Position numbers and translations under genes: made by a program. Shown piece by piece: positions 50,935-64,000 of a DNA stretch of 64,000 bases (the first letter of the stretch is position 1; each line of letters begins with the position of its first letter). This DNA comes from Tricharina praecox (Eukaryota), in NCBI RefSeq assembly GCF_024521635.1, contig NW_026250415.1:806001-870000 (forward strand). Direction: 5' to 3'. The notes under the pieces were generated by a model. That model was not told the DNA's origin. It saw only the letters and a list, made by a program, of their open reading frames with translations, and searched no databases.

Positions 50935-51025
50935 GGCTTTCTTCTTTCTTCTTCTTTCTTCTTCTGCTTCTTCTGCTTCTTCTGCTTCTTCTGCTTCGTC
51001 TGCTTCGTCTGCTTCTTCTGCTTGT
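50935..51025. repeat. (TTCTTCTGC)n-type microsatellite
   Basis: Direct reading of the sequence; lies between convergent genes. Confidence 0.9.
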
Positions 51026-51728
51026 TTCGTGTGCGTGTGGGTGCGTGTCTGTGTGTGTGCTCCCTACTTCCTCTGCTTCCTCTGTTGATTCTCGCTTTGA
51101 CTACTGACTTACTTGGGTGTTGCATTTTGGAGGAATCGTGGGAAGTAACTACGGGATGGGATGCGGTGGGATGGGATGGAAAATTTCCAGTAGGAAGTGG
51201 AGAATGGGGTTTAATACAGAGCACATTGCATTAACATCTACCCATTGACGTCTTGTTGTTGTGTGGAAAGCGCGAGTGATATCTGTGCATCAGGAGCAGC
51301 AGCAGCGAGCAGCGATTTTTAGAAGTCGATGGTTCTATGAACGATGTCTACTAGTAGCGCCCGAGGAAATGCACAGAAGCCTGAAGGAGAGCGAGAAGGA
51401 GAACCCATCCAATCCATCGTGTATGTACCAGTACCTAATCTATCCCCCCATCTCCGTTCCCCCACCCTAAAATGACAGGAAAGAAAGAAACTGTAAGAAA
51501 AAGCACACAACAAAAAGCAAAATCAAGCAAAACACCGCCCCGCCGTACGCGCCCCCAAAATCGCATGCAGAACCTCGCCGGAAGCAGCCATCAGCCATCA
51601 GACATCAGACATCCGACAACATCGTAAGGAAGGCTGAAGTAGAGCTGAAGTATCATAGGTAAGTAGAGCCGAAAGTGCGTGCGTATCATAACTACACGGA
51701 TAGGTAGGTAGATACCATACAGTACTTA

Positions 51729-54700
51729 TCACAAAACGGCATCATTCAGCAACCCATCGACCCAGTTGATGACAGCCTCAAAGACGTCCTCCGTCCTCTT
51801 CGGGTTGACGGTCCTCCTCGCGAGGGCCACAAACCCATCCGCGAGCGTATTCTCCGCTCTCGCGACGGCCTCCCTTAACCACGGCGCGCCGAGCTCCACG
51901 ATTGGCGCGAGTGCGTCGCCGTTGATGTGCGCCTTTGTCGGATCGCGCTCCCATTCCGCGAGCCCGGTCATGTCCTCGGCGACCATCATGTATGCCTCCT
52001 CTGCCTGGTGGCGGGGCCGGTACAGGTCCTGTAGCAGCTGCAGGAGCCGCAGCGCGGACTCGTCGATTACTGTCAGCTGGAAGAAGGAGCCGTCGACGCC
52101 TGCGGCGATCAGGTTGGAGCCGCCGCCGACGATGCCGGGGAGGTGCCGGTCGTGCGGAACCCATGGCGGACGGCAGATCCCGCGGCGGATGCGCGAGACG
52201 CTGGAGTCGAGCTCGGCTTCGAAGATGGTTTTGAGGGATTGCAGCGCGCGGTTGTCTACTTGTGTTAGTGGTGGAGTGAGGGGTAGAGCAAGTAGATGGG
52301 AGACGAACTGGGGGGCCGCCACAGGCCCACGACGCCGTACTGCTTGTCTGTAGCTATGAGTAGGTCCTCCAAAAGCTTGGTGATGTAGAAGCCGTTCCTG
52401 GCAATCTCGTCGCTACAGGGGATGTGTTAACCAAAACTCTGGGCCACATAAATTGAAGCCATCGTGATAGCGCTGACACACCTGAAGCATTCGAATAACC
52501 TTCCATTCTCATACTTGATCACCAGAACCGAGTCCATCGCACAGGAAACACAGATCAACGGTTCAGAGACCGAAATCTGTACTGCTGGGCTTCGAAGCTT
52601 CACCTGTGCTACTATCTCCAGCCTACCCAACATTCAGCTCCTGCAACGCACACCTTCGAGTCTTTGGGGGGGGGGATGGAGGGGGTCTACTTCTTCGTCT
52701 TCGCATTAAAATCCTTAAAGCACAGCATATTCCCGGTACAGCAAACCAAAGAACTGTTCAACATTAGCCATCAATACCCCTAGACACTCGGGCGGGTGGG
52801 AGAGAGAGCTGACCTAGTTCCATACGGCGCCACCGAGTATACCGTGTCATCGCAGATCATGTGGTATCTCCTTCTCACAGCAACAGTATTATTTTCGCCT
52901 TGGTGCAGAGTGAGGATGACCAGTCTCCCAAAGGGCACGCCGTGATTGATAGCGCCTGTTCCCACAGCAATGAACTGATACCGCTCTCCGCCGAGGTGCA
53001 TATTCCATTCTGTTGAGACGCTGGTGGTTAACTGTCTGTTCGGACGAGACGGGACGGCGGAATGCTTGCTGGAGCAAGAAACTTACCCGCGAGACAGTAG
53101 ATCTGCTCGTTCGGCTTCGAGAAAATGCTTTCACCAGTCTTCATATCCTTGAGCGTTCCATCAGGAATACAGGACTGTCCACTAGAGTGTGAATGACCGT
53201 CAGTGAGCGCCTCATGAACGTGTAGGGTTCGGTTGGTGAACCAACGTTCTCGCATTGAGCACCTTCAAGGTGCATATGGCAGTCGGGTCCTCGATCTCCG
53301 TAGAGCCCGGATTCCTGCCGCAAGCGACGATGTAGCAATTCATGCGTTCGTAGAACAACAAGCGGCGGGGGGTTGCATTCAATCTCAGTCTTCTTCCGCA
53401 GATCTTCCTACTCTGGCCGATGTCCGTGCAGAATATCTTGCTGTCGGCCACGCAGATGAGGGTGTTCTCTGAACCTAACGCTTGATCACCGACCTGGACA
53501 ATCGCTTCGACGTTTGGCTGGACATCACTCTTCAGCACACTATCAGATTGGCGGAAAGTCTGGGACGGCACTTACGTCTATCTCTTCGTTGGGCATAACA
53601 ATAATCACTTGCGCTCCCCGGAAACTGTCACGAGGCATATCGAAGCGGTACACCTCGCGGCCCGCCAGAGCAAATGCCGAATCCTTGCGATACACGTCCA
53701 AGGACAGCAGTACCGGAATAGGTCCGAATTTGATCTCCTGACGTTTCTCGAGTTGCAGGGCTTTCAAAATGTCAGTACTAGGTCCAGAGGGACACACACA
53801 CATAAAAAGAGAACTTACACGATCCAGTTATCGTAAATTGAAACACAACAACAATGCCGCCCCGTAATCCGCACAGTAGCTTTGCAGTGGTATTGGTTGA
53901 AATCAAGACGGCCGATTCGCACAGCCCGAGATCGTGCAGGTCGTCCGCAGCAGGATTTTCAAGCACTGCCACTTTAAGTTAAGCTGCACATGGAATAAGC
54001 TGGATAAAGAAACCCACTTTCTCGTTCAGCGAAAGGACTGAGTCCCTCGAAACCATCACAACTGAATATCTGAATTGTCACTCGCCGTGTTCCCACAGCT
54101 ACCATCAATCGGCCATGCCTATAGACACTGTTAGAAGCCATACTCCATCGTCAAGTGCAAAACTTACAGCTCCAAAAAGCCCAGGAATGTGGGATCATCC
54201 TCCATAGCCACCGGTGCACCAACAGGCACCAAGAACTCGTTACTTTCGGGGCCCTAGTCAGCATTCAGACTGCTCTTCGTCCGCAATCATCAGTAAACGT
54301 ACCTGTCCGACTTGATTTCTATCGAAGCCAGAACAAGGCTGACATTGTCTCCGTTGCGCAATGCTATCACGACGAATTTTCCCCGGAGAGCCGCCGCAAC
54401 GATCGTATCGCCGCCCTCACATCTGCGTTGCAAGCGGCGCATCCCCGGATCATTATCGTCCACCTCCATTTCCCCATCATCCTTTGGCAGCGTGTCGCCC
54501 TGGGCCAGCCGAATAACCGTAATCGTGGATGGCGTGACCTGCACAGACCAGGGCATATCATCAGTCGATTCGAGCGGCCCGGCCGCCAACGTCGGCTCGT
54601 CGAACTCGAACGTAATTTCATTCCGGCACTCGAACCAATCGCCGTCCTTGCCGGCGGAGCGGAAGCAGAGGAACGACTCGTTGAACTGCGACGAGAGGAC

Positions 54701-56744
54701 GAAGCAGCCTCCCTTGTGCTTATCCGTTTTGCGGGAGACGTCCGGCAAGATGAACAGCCTCCGGACACCCGCCATGTAGTCCGCCGGCGTCTGCGCGGTG
54801 GCTTGCACGCCGTACCGAAGCTCGGTGATCGCTCCGTGTTTCCCGCGGCCGGCACACGCGAATACCCGGTCCCGTTTGGCACTGTTGCCTTGCCCGCGAG
54901 CGGATAGATCCACCAGCTCGAAATCGATCACCGGCGCCCAGTTGATCACTGTCTCCTCCAGCTCGGCGCGTGAATCCACCGGCCACGCGGCAATTGGCAA
55001 CTGCACATGATGATTAGCTCACTCCCGTCTTTCCTTCCCCTCTCCAAAGCACCGCTCGCATCGTGTACTGCTCACCAGATATATCCCCCCGCTACTCATC
55101 TCCCCACCAGCCACGATCATATCGTTAGACCTGAGTCCATAATCGAGGGCGGTAAAAGCCGTTCCGATGGCACAGTCGAGGTAGCTAGCCTTGACGACGC
55201 TCTGGACAAGGGCATGAGCACTCCCATCGACCTCGAGGTAGTAGATGCCGCCGTTTTCCATAGCGAGGTAGATAGCATCGAGGGTGCCCGTATAGTTCGG
55301 ATGTCTATACGGGCGAGACCAAGCGGTGACCAGGCCTTCCGCTGCAGCTGTCAGAAAAAACAAGCCCAACCAAACGAAAGAAGAAAAAAACGCAGGAATA
55401 TATGTAAATTAGAGACCCTCACGCTGATCATTGGACGGGAACGCCACGTTGCGGAAGTTCCCATTTCCAGATATGATATCTAACGCACTGACAACATACG
55501 TGGAGAATTCCGTGACTATCAAGAATGCCGAGCTGATGACTAGAGGAATTACGTGCAGAGGTATTGAAATGTCTGAAAACCGAATGTTAGAAAAATGAGG
55601 TTTTTTCGTGGGTGATCCACCGGGGTATGTGTTCACCATCTGACACACGAAGGCCCTGCTCGCCCGGCTTGTCCGCCGTCCACAATGGCTTGTTTGTATC
55701 CCATTCGTACAATCGCAACCGAGACTTCGATTCTGCACTATTTCAATGAATTTCGATCAACAATCCGGACACATCAAAAAAAATGATTTGCGATTTAGAT
55801 GGAAAGCTGGAACGGCGGACTGACTCTATGAGGAAAAGTATTATGATTACGTGCTCAATATCCGACGTGTAGAGAAATTCCATATGCACTACAAAGCAAC
55901 CATGAACTGCGAAGGTTCTCTCTTCTTTAATGGGGTTCAACGGTAGGCCTTCCGCAATCTGCCGCTGCAGTTCTTCCATCGGATGAAGAGAATATACACG
56001 GAAATAGTCTTGGTATGCCGCAACCGCCATCGCTCGGGATCTACACGAGAATATAAGCCTCTGCCGCGCGCTCTGCAACATCTTACTAACTTACTGAGGG
56101 TCAACCGCTATGCACTTGCCGAGATGCGAGGGATGCACTCCTCTGTTATCGATGCGCCTCCTCGAGACCACGAAGTCCACCTGTCCCTGCTCGTCACAGT
56201 CCCTCGCGTACACGAACTGCAGATATCCTGCGTCGGTAGTCATGGCCAGAATTTCGGCCGGGAGGCGAGATTTTATGTCCTCGTCCGAATCCCCACGACC
56301 CTCGCTCAGGCCCGTTTCCGGAGAGCCGGGGGAGAACTGGATTGGCCGCTTGGCGCCAAACACACAAGCATCGCGGATTTCCGCTCCGATGTCGGTTTTG
56401 GATCCTACTTTCTGCAATTTCCCGAGCGGTGTGAGGAGATGGAGTTCAATGTAAGTTTCCTATGCAAAGTTTATCCTTAGCAACGGAAGACGTAAGGGGG
56501 GTCTAGGCAAGCCTTGGCGGACGGATGAACTGGTACGAACCCCAATGAAAACAACGTCGTTGAGGTCTTGCCTCCGGATTCTTGCAGGTAGTATCTTCTT
56601 GACGACCGGTGAATGTATGAGAGTCCTGGACAGCAAGCCATATACCGGAACATCATCCTCCGAGGGTGTCGCCCGTGTCTGATAACACTCCGGGACTTCT
56701 TCTCCTTCATCCGCGAAGCCCCATTGGATAGCGCCTGTAGTCAT
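51729..56744 (-). CDS. Mms1/DDB1/Rse1-like multi-beta-propeller protein
   Basis: GLLSRTLIHSPVVKKILPARIR..NDVVFIG, LGKCIAVDP-SRAMAVAA, NWAPVIDF, FACAGRGKHGAITELRYG, ATPRRLLF, HINGDAL; more than 10 introns; in-frame TGA just upstream fixes the ATG at 56744. Exact exon boundaries not all resolved. Confidence 0.8.
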
Positions 56745-59700
56745 GTTTGGCAGAATCTCGTTTCAAACTAATCTTGATAACGTCTCAATGACCACGACTT
56801 CTATAGGAACTGAAGGCGGAGGGAGGAGAGGGGGAGGGTAGAGCTTACGGTTGAGGTTAATTGAGTGCACCGAATGATTCAATGCCTGTGAATGAAGTTG
56901 GTCACGAGCAGGGCTCCTGAAGTGCAGATATCCGGCAGTCCAAGGTCCGTCCCCCAATGTTCGTTGCTCAGTAGTCAATCGGCTCCGGAGGGCAATGATA
57001 GCCCGATTGCAAGCCCGAAGTACCACGGATGGGCCTGCGAGGTGTTGATGGACTCAGGAGGTGATATCGTATTCTGTCTAAGAACAGGTGGGGGAGCTGT
57101 AGAGAACCCTAGGTCAACTTGCAGGTAATCGGTCCAACGCCAATTGCTCGGGGAAGCCGCTGTCTTTTAGGTTTCGAAAGAGTGTGGAGGAGCGAGATCC
57201 CTGTATCTCGCTGACCAGAATGGATGGATGAGGGGCAAAGCGAATTTTAATCTTGAAGAAGTCTATGCGCCTCGATAGACCGGCGGACTAGATAGAGGAT
57301 AACTACAGCCAAGCAGCGCTCAATCCTGGTTGGGCGGTGAAGAGCTGCAAACGGAAGGAAGGAAGATCGACCAGCTGGCAGCCGTTTGGGTGGGGATGTT
57401 GGCGGGACGTTGGGGTTGGATTTGGGTTTGGTTTGGGTTGTGTTGGGTTGGGTACGGGATTGGAAGTGGGTAGCGGGGGGCAAAGATGGTGATGGCGGAG
57501 CTCGATAGTGGTAGCGGCGGCGACGGTGGAGGGTTGGATTTGGGAGGGTTCGTAGTGGGGTGGGCGGCGGTAGTGGCTAGCCGTATAGTTGGAGGTGAGT
57601 TGCTGATTATGAGGAGGACGATTCGACGGTAGTCTGATATGTTGCCATCGATATAGTCGTTTAACGCTGCGCGTGCTATCCGTGCAACTTTCTTCTTGCT
57701 GGCGAAGGGGAGGGTTTGGCCGAACGGCAGGCGAGAAAAGCGAGGGGTGGGGCACTAGAGTGCGCCGTATCATCCAAATCAAACGCATGAAAGAACGGGA
57801 TCGAATCGATATCACGCCGCCGCAGAACGCCAGATGTGAGCGAAGCCATCAACCCCAGACCCCGGACATCGTGTAGACTTGTCCATGTATGGCGTGCACT
57901 TTGGGGGAGGGGATCTAACTCGAGGTGGCGTAGTGAGGATCACATCGATTCACACGTGTGGACTGGGTGGGTAGATAGGGCAAAGGCAGAGGTCTGAGGC
58001 AGAGGTCTGAGGCAGAGGCCGCCTAGCCCCCCCACATGGCAGTTATTATTATTGGTGATGCTGCCGGAAAGGCATCTCTCTTGTTCGTTTTTTCCCTCTG
58101 CTTCTCTGGGATCTTCTCTGCCTTGCTGTTGAGCTTTCTTTCAAGACGGTCTCTCTTTCGTTTCGCCCAACTTTCGTCTTTTTCTCCATCTCCTTCTCCT
58201 CCTACTTCGCTGACGGTTTCTTCCGGACGGCAAGTGCACAACTGGCGGGCCACGGATGCTGTCGCTACATACTAGTAGTGTGCGTGCAGGGCAGCCAGCA
58301 GCCCTCATGTAGAGTAAGAACTTGGAAGTTGATGTATGTAGGTGGGTGCTTAGGCGGGTGCGTAGGCGGGTGCGTAGGCGGGTGCTTAGGTGGATGCTTA
58401 GGTGGGTACTTATGTATGTATGTGACGGGAGAGTTCTTCATCAACATCGACATGTCAGTTTCTGATATGTATGCACATGGGGGTTTCGGTGTCGGCAGAG
58501 AGGGGGTAGGTTGTGCACTTCTCGGCGGGTCTTTGAGTATGAAAATGAGTATGTAAGTAGATAAGTGGGTAGGCATTCTATGCAGCCAGCATAGCTGAGT
58601 ACAGGAGGGGGTCAGCCGTGGGCTGGTGGTGGTGGTGATGATGGTGATTGTAGTGGTGGCTGTAGTGGTGGTCGTGGTGGCGGGGAGAGTTAACGAGACG
58701 AGGAAGCACTTTCGGTTGTACGAAAATGGTAGTATTATTATTGCGCTCTTCCGGACTAGCAGGTTAGTCGAATCTGGAGAATGATAGAGTAGAGTAACGG
58801 AAGGCCGAGACATGGAGATAAAAAAAGAAAAGAAGACAAGAAAAGAAAGAAAAAAACAGAAACCGCCCAGATCAGAATCACAAGTGAGTAACGATCCAGT
58901 TGCACGTTGTCGATGTGATTCATCCACCCATGGCCAGCAGCAGCCAAGGGGAGGTATGTACCTACATTAAGTGAGTGCCTGCATGCCTTTGGGTGCTCTA
59001 TCCGCGAGGTGCTCGTCTGTATGGGCTCTAGAGTGCCCCGCCTCACGAGTGCAGTCGCATGCAACGCAGTCCCTCAGTCCCCTCCTCTATGAGTGCTAAG
59101 CCGTCCCCGTAGGACGTTCGGTGTGCTAGCATGTTCGCCTGGCCAGAGTACTCTGGAGTGCAACAGCGTTGACTACTGTGCTCGAGCACACAGCTGTGAG
59201 ACGGACTGGATAACTGACGAGCTATTCCACTCTGGAGTAGAGCACTCTCCACTGACCGCGCAAGGATGCAGCGACTAGGCTGGTCAACTAGCTGGCAGGC
59301 ACGTCAGATTCCTGCAGAAAAGTGCCAAGAGGAAAATCAGATCTGCCAAGCTTCAGACGAATCGATGCGCCCAATCGATATCGTGTGGAGCTGGCGAGAG
59401 CTCGAGCGGGAACCCCAACATCCCAGCGTGGACCGGCCTGTATGCATGTACGTACTCTACTCAGATTGCTCTGCAGCCACTCACCGTGAAACGAAACACT
59501 CCGTGTAACCTCCTCCTCCCCCTCCACACTCCACCCTCCACCCTCCACCCCTCCACCGAGAGCTCGAGCTTAAGCTCCCCCCATCGCGAGCTATCCACTC
59601 ACCCACCCACACAAACCAAGCGTACCCGCGAGGAAATGCGAGACGGCTGCGTGTTGACTGTCTCCCTACTGCTGCTCCCCCATATCGGACACGGATAGCC

Positions 59701-62700
59701 ACCCTTCACCCGACACAGTGGGCGGTCGCACGGTCGACGAAAAAGCGTGAGGTGGATCACCGCTGGGTAATCCGGATACCTAGCCAGTATGAACTATCGA
59801 GGGGCCCTACTCTAGTGGAGTTGAGTTGTCTGCTCCTGCTGCTGCTGCATGGTCATATTCGCATTCTCGACCGATAATGGCTGCAAGCGGCCACCGGCCC
59901 GTTCATATCAAGGGAAGTGTTGTCGGTGATGGAAGCAAAGAGATGATGTCCCATAAACAGGAATATGACGGGTCGGTTGTCGACGCCTTTTCTGCCGCAG
60001 CGAAGATGGGGCCTGGCGTTCACGTTGGCATGACTGTGGGGGGAGGGGCCAGGGATTGCAGCATGCCTACTCTACCTCCCTACCTATCGGCGACGATTGC
60101 GACGATGGTGAGCGGGGAGGAGCAATACGAGGTGGGGAAGAAGGGGAGGGGGGACGAGGGGAGCTTGCCATAGCAATCGTATTGTCGGTGAAACATGCGT
60201 CGAATCTGCGTCGTGTGGACGATCAGTTGCTCCCGGGTTTCGAAGCTTGCAGACCGCCGACGGAGCTCGAGACGGTGGTTGCTCCAACTAGCGCGGCGGC
60301 ACATGACTGACGCCACAGCCGGGGGAGACCCCCCCCCCACCCACACGCCCACCCCCCTCCGCGCGCCACACATCGGTTGTTGGGCCAAGGCACTGGACAC
60401 CCTCGCTCGCCCACACCCGTCACTCAGGTGCGGAACTTTCTTGCGAGAAAGTCGTCAGCCGACCAGACGCCATCCCCTTTGGCTTTGGCCGTCGACCATT
60501 ATTCACGCAAAAAATTACTAACTTCAATGGTCCGATTTGTGTGGGAAAACGGTGATCGCTTCGAAGAATCCCACGGAATGTATATGCGTCCGTATCGGGC
60601 ATAGTGCGCTTTCTTTTGCGGATGGGCGCTGGCACTGGCAGCCTGGCACTATCGATGCCTGGAGGACACGTGACGGTACCCAATCAATCACTGGGCCCGA
60701 GTTGGATGGCCATTTCTGCCTCGTGCGGATCGCTGCTCAGTGGTCGCTATGCAATGAGCTGCTCGGAGTCCTTGCGCGGGGTTGTCCACTAACTATGCTG
60801 CTTGGTATGTGGTTCCTCTACCTCTTCAGGTATGAGGTATGTACTCTAATTGCTCCTCGTCACTCTATTCATAGGTAAGGTAGTTGGCTCTGCAGTGTGC
60901 ACTGGTCTGACCGAGACGAAGTTCGTACAGGACTACTTGAAGCTCTTTCGGCTAGGCAGAACAATCGTCAGCCAAAGCATGTCGTCGGTGAAGAATAATC
61001 GAACGAGCAAGTCCGGCCTCCCCAACCAGAAGACGCAGGCTTCGGGCAGATCTTGCAGCACGCCTATAGAGTGGTAATGCTCTAGACCAGTATGATAGGT
61101 GCTCCGGAGCACAGAGGAGGAGGAGGCCTAGGTGGTGCTCCAAGGAGCGCTCACATGCAGTGCAAAAAGAGAGCAGCAGCATATTGGATCGTATGGAGTG
61201 GCCGGTCTGTCCGCAACTGCAGATGATCATGATCCACGGACGGATGGATGGATGGATGGATAGACACACGTCCCGCAATATTCATGAACTCACAAAAAAA
61301 GCTCAACTCCCGTGAGCTATTACCTACACCTGGAGGCAGTTCCATTAGTCCAGGCATGCGGAGGATGAGAATTCTCGGCCCCATAACGACCACTGAGAAG
61401 CCGACAGAATAACGACCAACAGCATTGAGGCGAGGAAATGACCCTGGTTCCAAGCTGCTTCGACTCGGTGGTGGAGACGATTGGATCTACGGCTCCCCGT
61501 TGGATCCAAAGTGGGAAACCCAATGGTCGGTGGGGCGAGATGTAGAGGTATGTACGGACTGGGGGAAGAATGTGGTGTATGGTGAGGGACCGGGGCTCTC
61601 GACGAGGTCGTATATGACCTTCAGAGTGAAGTTCAAACGAAACGCTGATCTACAGCTCCAGAACATGGGGGAAGGGATCAGGCAGTGGATGCATCTAGCC
61701 GGCCATCCGGCCCTCCCTCCCTCCCTCCCTCTCAGATCACCGCCTTCAGAGGAGTCGTCCTGGCCACATACAGTTCGGAATGCGGACCAAAACCGAGCAT
61801 GAGCATGAGCATGACCATGCCAGTACCAGTGCCAAGTGGCCGGCGTGCATCCAACATGATCCAAGCCACCAACGAACGATGGACCGTTTCCGATGATGGA
61901 TCATGGTTTCGATCTTTTGATGTGATGAACTGATGGATGGATTCCTGCGTTTCGTGCATGGGCATGGGCATGGAGATTGATTGCTCGCTAATGCGTGGCT
62001 CCAATTGAGCCTTCTCCGCTCGCCGAATGCTTCTTCCCAGGGTCCGCCAGCTACATACATACATACCTAATATCATATCTCGCACGCAACGAACGAAAAT
62101 TCCTGCGCAACCGCCGTCGATGGATGGACGGACGCTGTTGCGTGGCACAGTACCTAGTTGCCCGTTGGCCCGTTGGCCCGTTGGCCCCAGGCATTGCAAA
62201 TAGCATTACGGCTACCGGGTCGGAACTCTGAAGTCGGAGTTGAGTTGGGGCTGGGGAATGATTGAGCTACCAGTCGGATACGTCAACGTCGAGCTGGGTC
62301 TGGGGGCATTTCACTTCGAGCTGGGTGTTCCAACTTCGCAGGCTGCAATCACGGTCGTCGTCCCCGGCGGCGGCGGCGGGTGGCCACATGACGGCCACTA
62401 CATATGTACAGTATGTACATACATATCCATCCCAGTGACCAGTCCCAAGAACGGGTCAGATGGATGGAGAGTTTTTCCGCCGACGTCCGTTCAGGTGAGA
62501 AGCCAACAAACAAATCCACAATTGATGTATATAGGTATGTATGCATATACAGCCGGGCAGGCCTCTCGTGCTCACTGCTGACGACCGAACGTCCACCTGC
62601 TTGCATGCGCCATCCCCCACCTCGAACGACGAAGCCTGCCATCAGCTCCACCACCACCACCACCACCACCACCACCACCATACCGGATGGGTCCGATCGT

Positions 62701-64000
62701 CCACAGAGCCACGGCTGGTGCTCCGGTCACCACTCGAGACCAACGCCTAAGTAAGCATGGAAGTAGACACCTCCCCCACACATATCTACTCTGTCGCCAA
62801 TAGCTTACTATAGGCACATCGTCTGCAGCTAGCCCCCCCGCATTCCTCAAGCGAAAAGGGTTCGCCACCCACCAGAGATTCCCCAGTGCATACATACCTA
62901 CATACCTACATACACACATACACAGGTAGTATGGAAGCCGCATCAGCATCAGCATCAGCATCAGAATCAGCAGAAGGTTTCCCCAGCAACTATGTATGTC
63001 CGGGTGCTCTTCTCTGCTTTTCCCAATTCCGCCAATCATACTATATTATATCATAGGTATCCAGTTGGAGAATGGGGGCAGAATTTAGAAATCGCTGCTC
63101 GACAGGAAGCCCATACAGGAAGCCCATACATACAACTCGATGCTCGATGCTCGATGCAGCTCCGTGGCAAAGATGCATTTGCTTCACCACCCCCCAGACA
63201 TCCTTCCCTTTGCAAAAACTGTATGTATCATGCAGTAGATAAGGCAAAGCAAAGCAAAGCATGAAGTCAAAAGCCAACTTAAATTTTGCTCGCGGGTGAT
63301 GCGGGAAATCTCAATCTCTTCAATTCCTCCCCTCCCTCCCCGCATATCGTGTTTTCTGACAATTGCTCATAATGTATAGTTAGCTGGTAGCTATGGCGGC
63401 CCGTTGCGGTAAGCTCTGATATCTGGATTCTGCTGGAAGGGATTGGCTCATGATGCAAAAAAATTGTGAGTTTTGCCATAGCCATAGGTTGTCCCGAACC
63501 AAATATCCAGTTGCCCTGCACGTGAAGCTTTCGTTGAGCCGAGTCGTCTCATGGCTCACCGCTTGAATGCTTAGTTTCGTTCGGGCATTCTGCCCGTGGT
63601 CCAGCCTCCAGGACCGTCTGATATGTACCATACTTACTATACATACATACCGGTACCAAGTTGCCAACAAACCCGCCGGCAGATACCTAGCATCTAGATG
63701 CAACCAGTCGTGCGTATGTACGGCCTCGAGACTCGGTCCCGGAATCAGTAGCCGGTTTCCTGGGTCGGATAAGTACGGTAGGGAGGAATCATGCCCCGCA
63801 TAAGCAGTTAGTTGGTTAATTAGGTACTCCTAGCGACACTGGCTAATTAGGTTCCAGTGTTTGGAGTTTCACGGACGTGGATCCGCTCCGCACTTCAGCT
63901 TTCGGGGAGGATGGTGGATCTGCAGGCTGCTCACATGGGGTTGTAGGCATGAGGTATGTGGGAATGTGGATATGTGTGTTTGATACTGTCAATAGTGGAT

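Overview
Eukaryotic DNA from a filamentous ascomycete (Pezizomycotina; short GT..CTRAC/GCTAAY..AG introns, GC-rich exons, homopolymer- and microsatellite-rich intergenic DNA). The ORF track fragments the genes, so I rebuilt them by splicing by eye. There are 14 protein-coding genes: an orphan acidic/basic protein with AAGKK repeats, ARH1 adrenodoxin reductase, a METTL16-family methyltransferase, SPO7, a Cld1/Ict1-like alpha/beta hydrolase, the DUR3 urea transporter, a coiled-coil hypothetical, L-2-hydroxyglutarate dehydrogenase, a Psg1-like membrane protein, a STYX-like phosphatase, a TPP-dependent enzyme, a Zn/NADP alcohol dehydrogenase, eIF5B and an Mms1/DDB1-like beta-propeller protein, plus a 15th intronless signal-anchored Ser/Pro-rich ORF. 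Accessory DNA includes a non-autonomous hAT-like element (13-bp TIRs, near-perfect 8-bp TSD) carrying a patterned 28-bp minisatellite, an adjacent probable TIR element, and a 2.9-kb mosaic of tandem repeats. The most notable observations are an intron that splits a start codon (AT|G; the unspliced RNA reads ATG-TGA), a 900-nt AUG-free leader, a candidate membrane-anchored Atg8 receptor, and a PTS1 on the alcohol dehydrogenase. I found no tRNA, rRNA, CRISPR array or riboswitch, and I cannot demonstrate a multi-gene novel system. Family assignments come from recognised motifs, not database searches.
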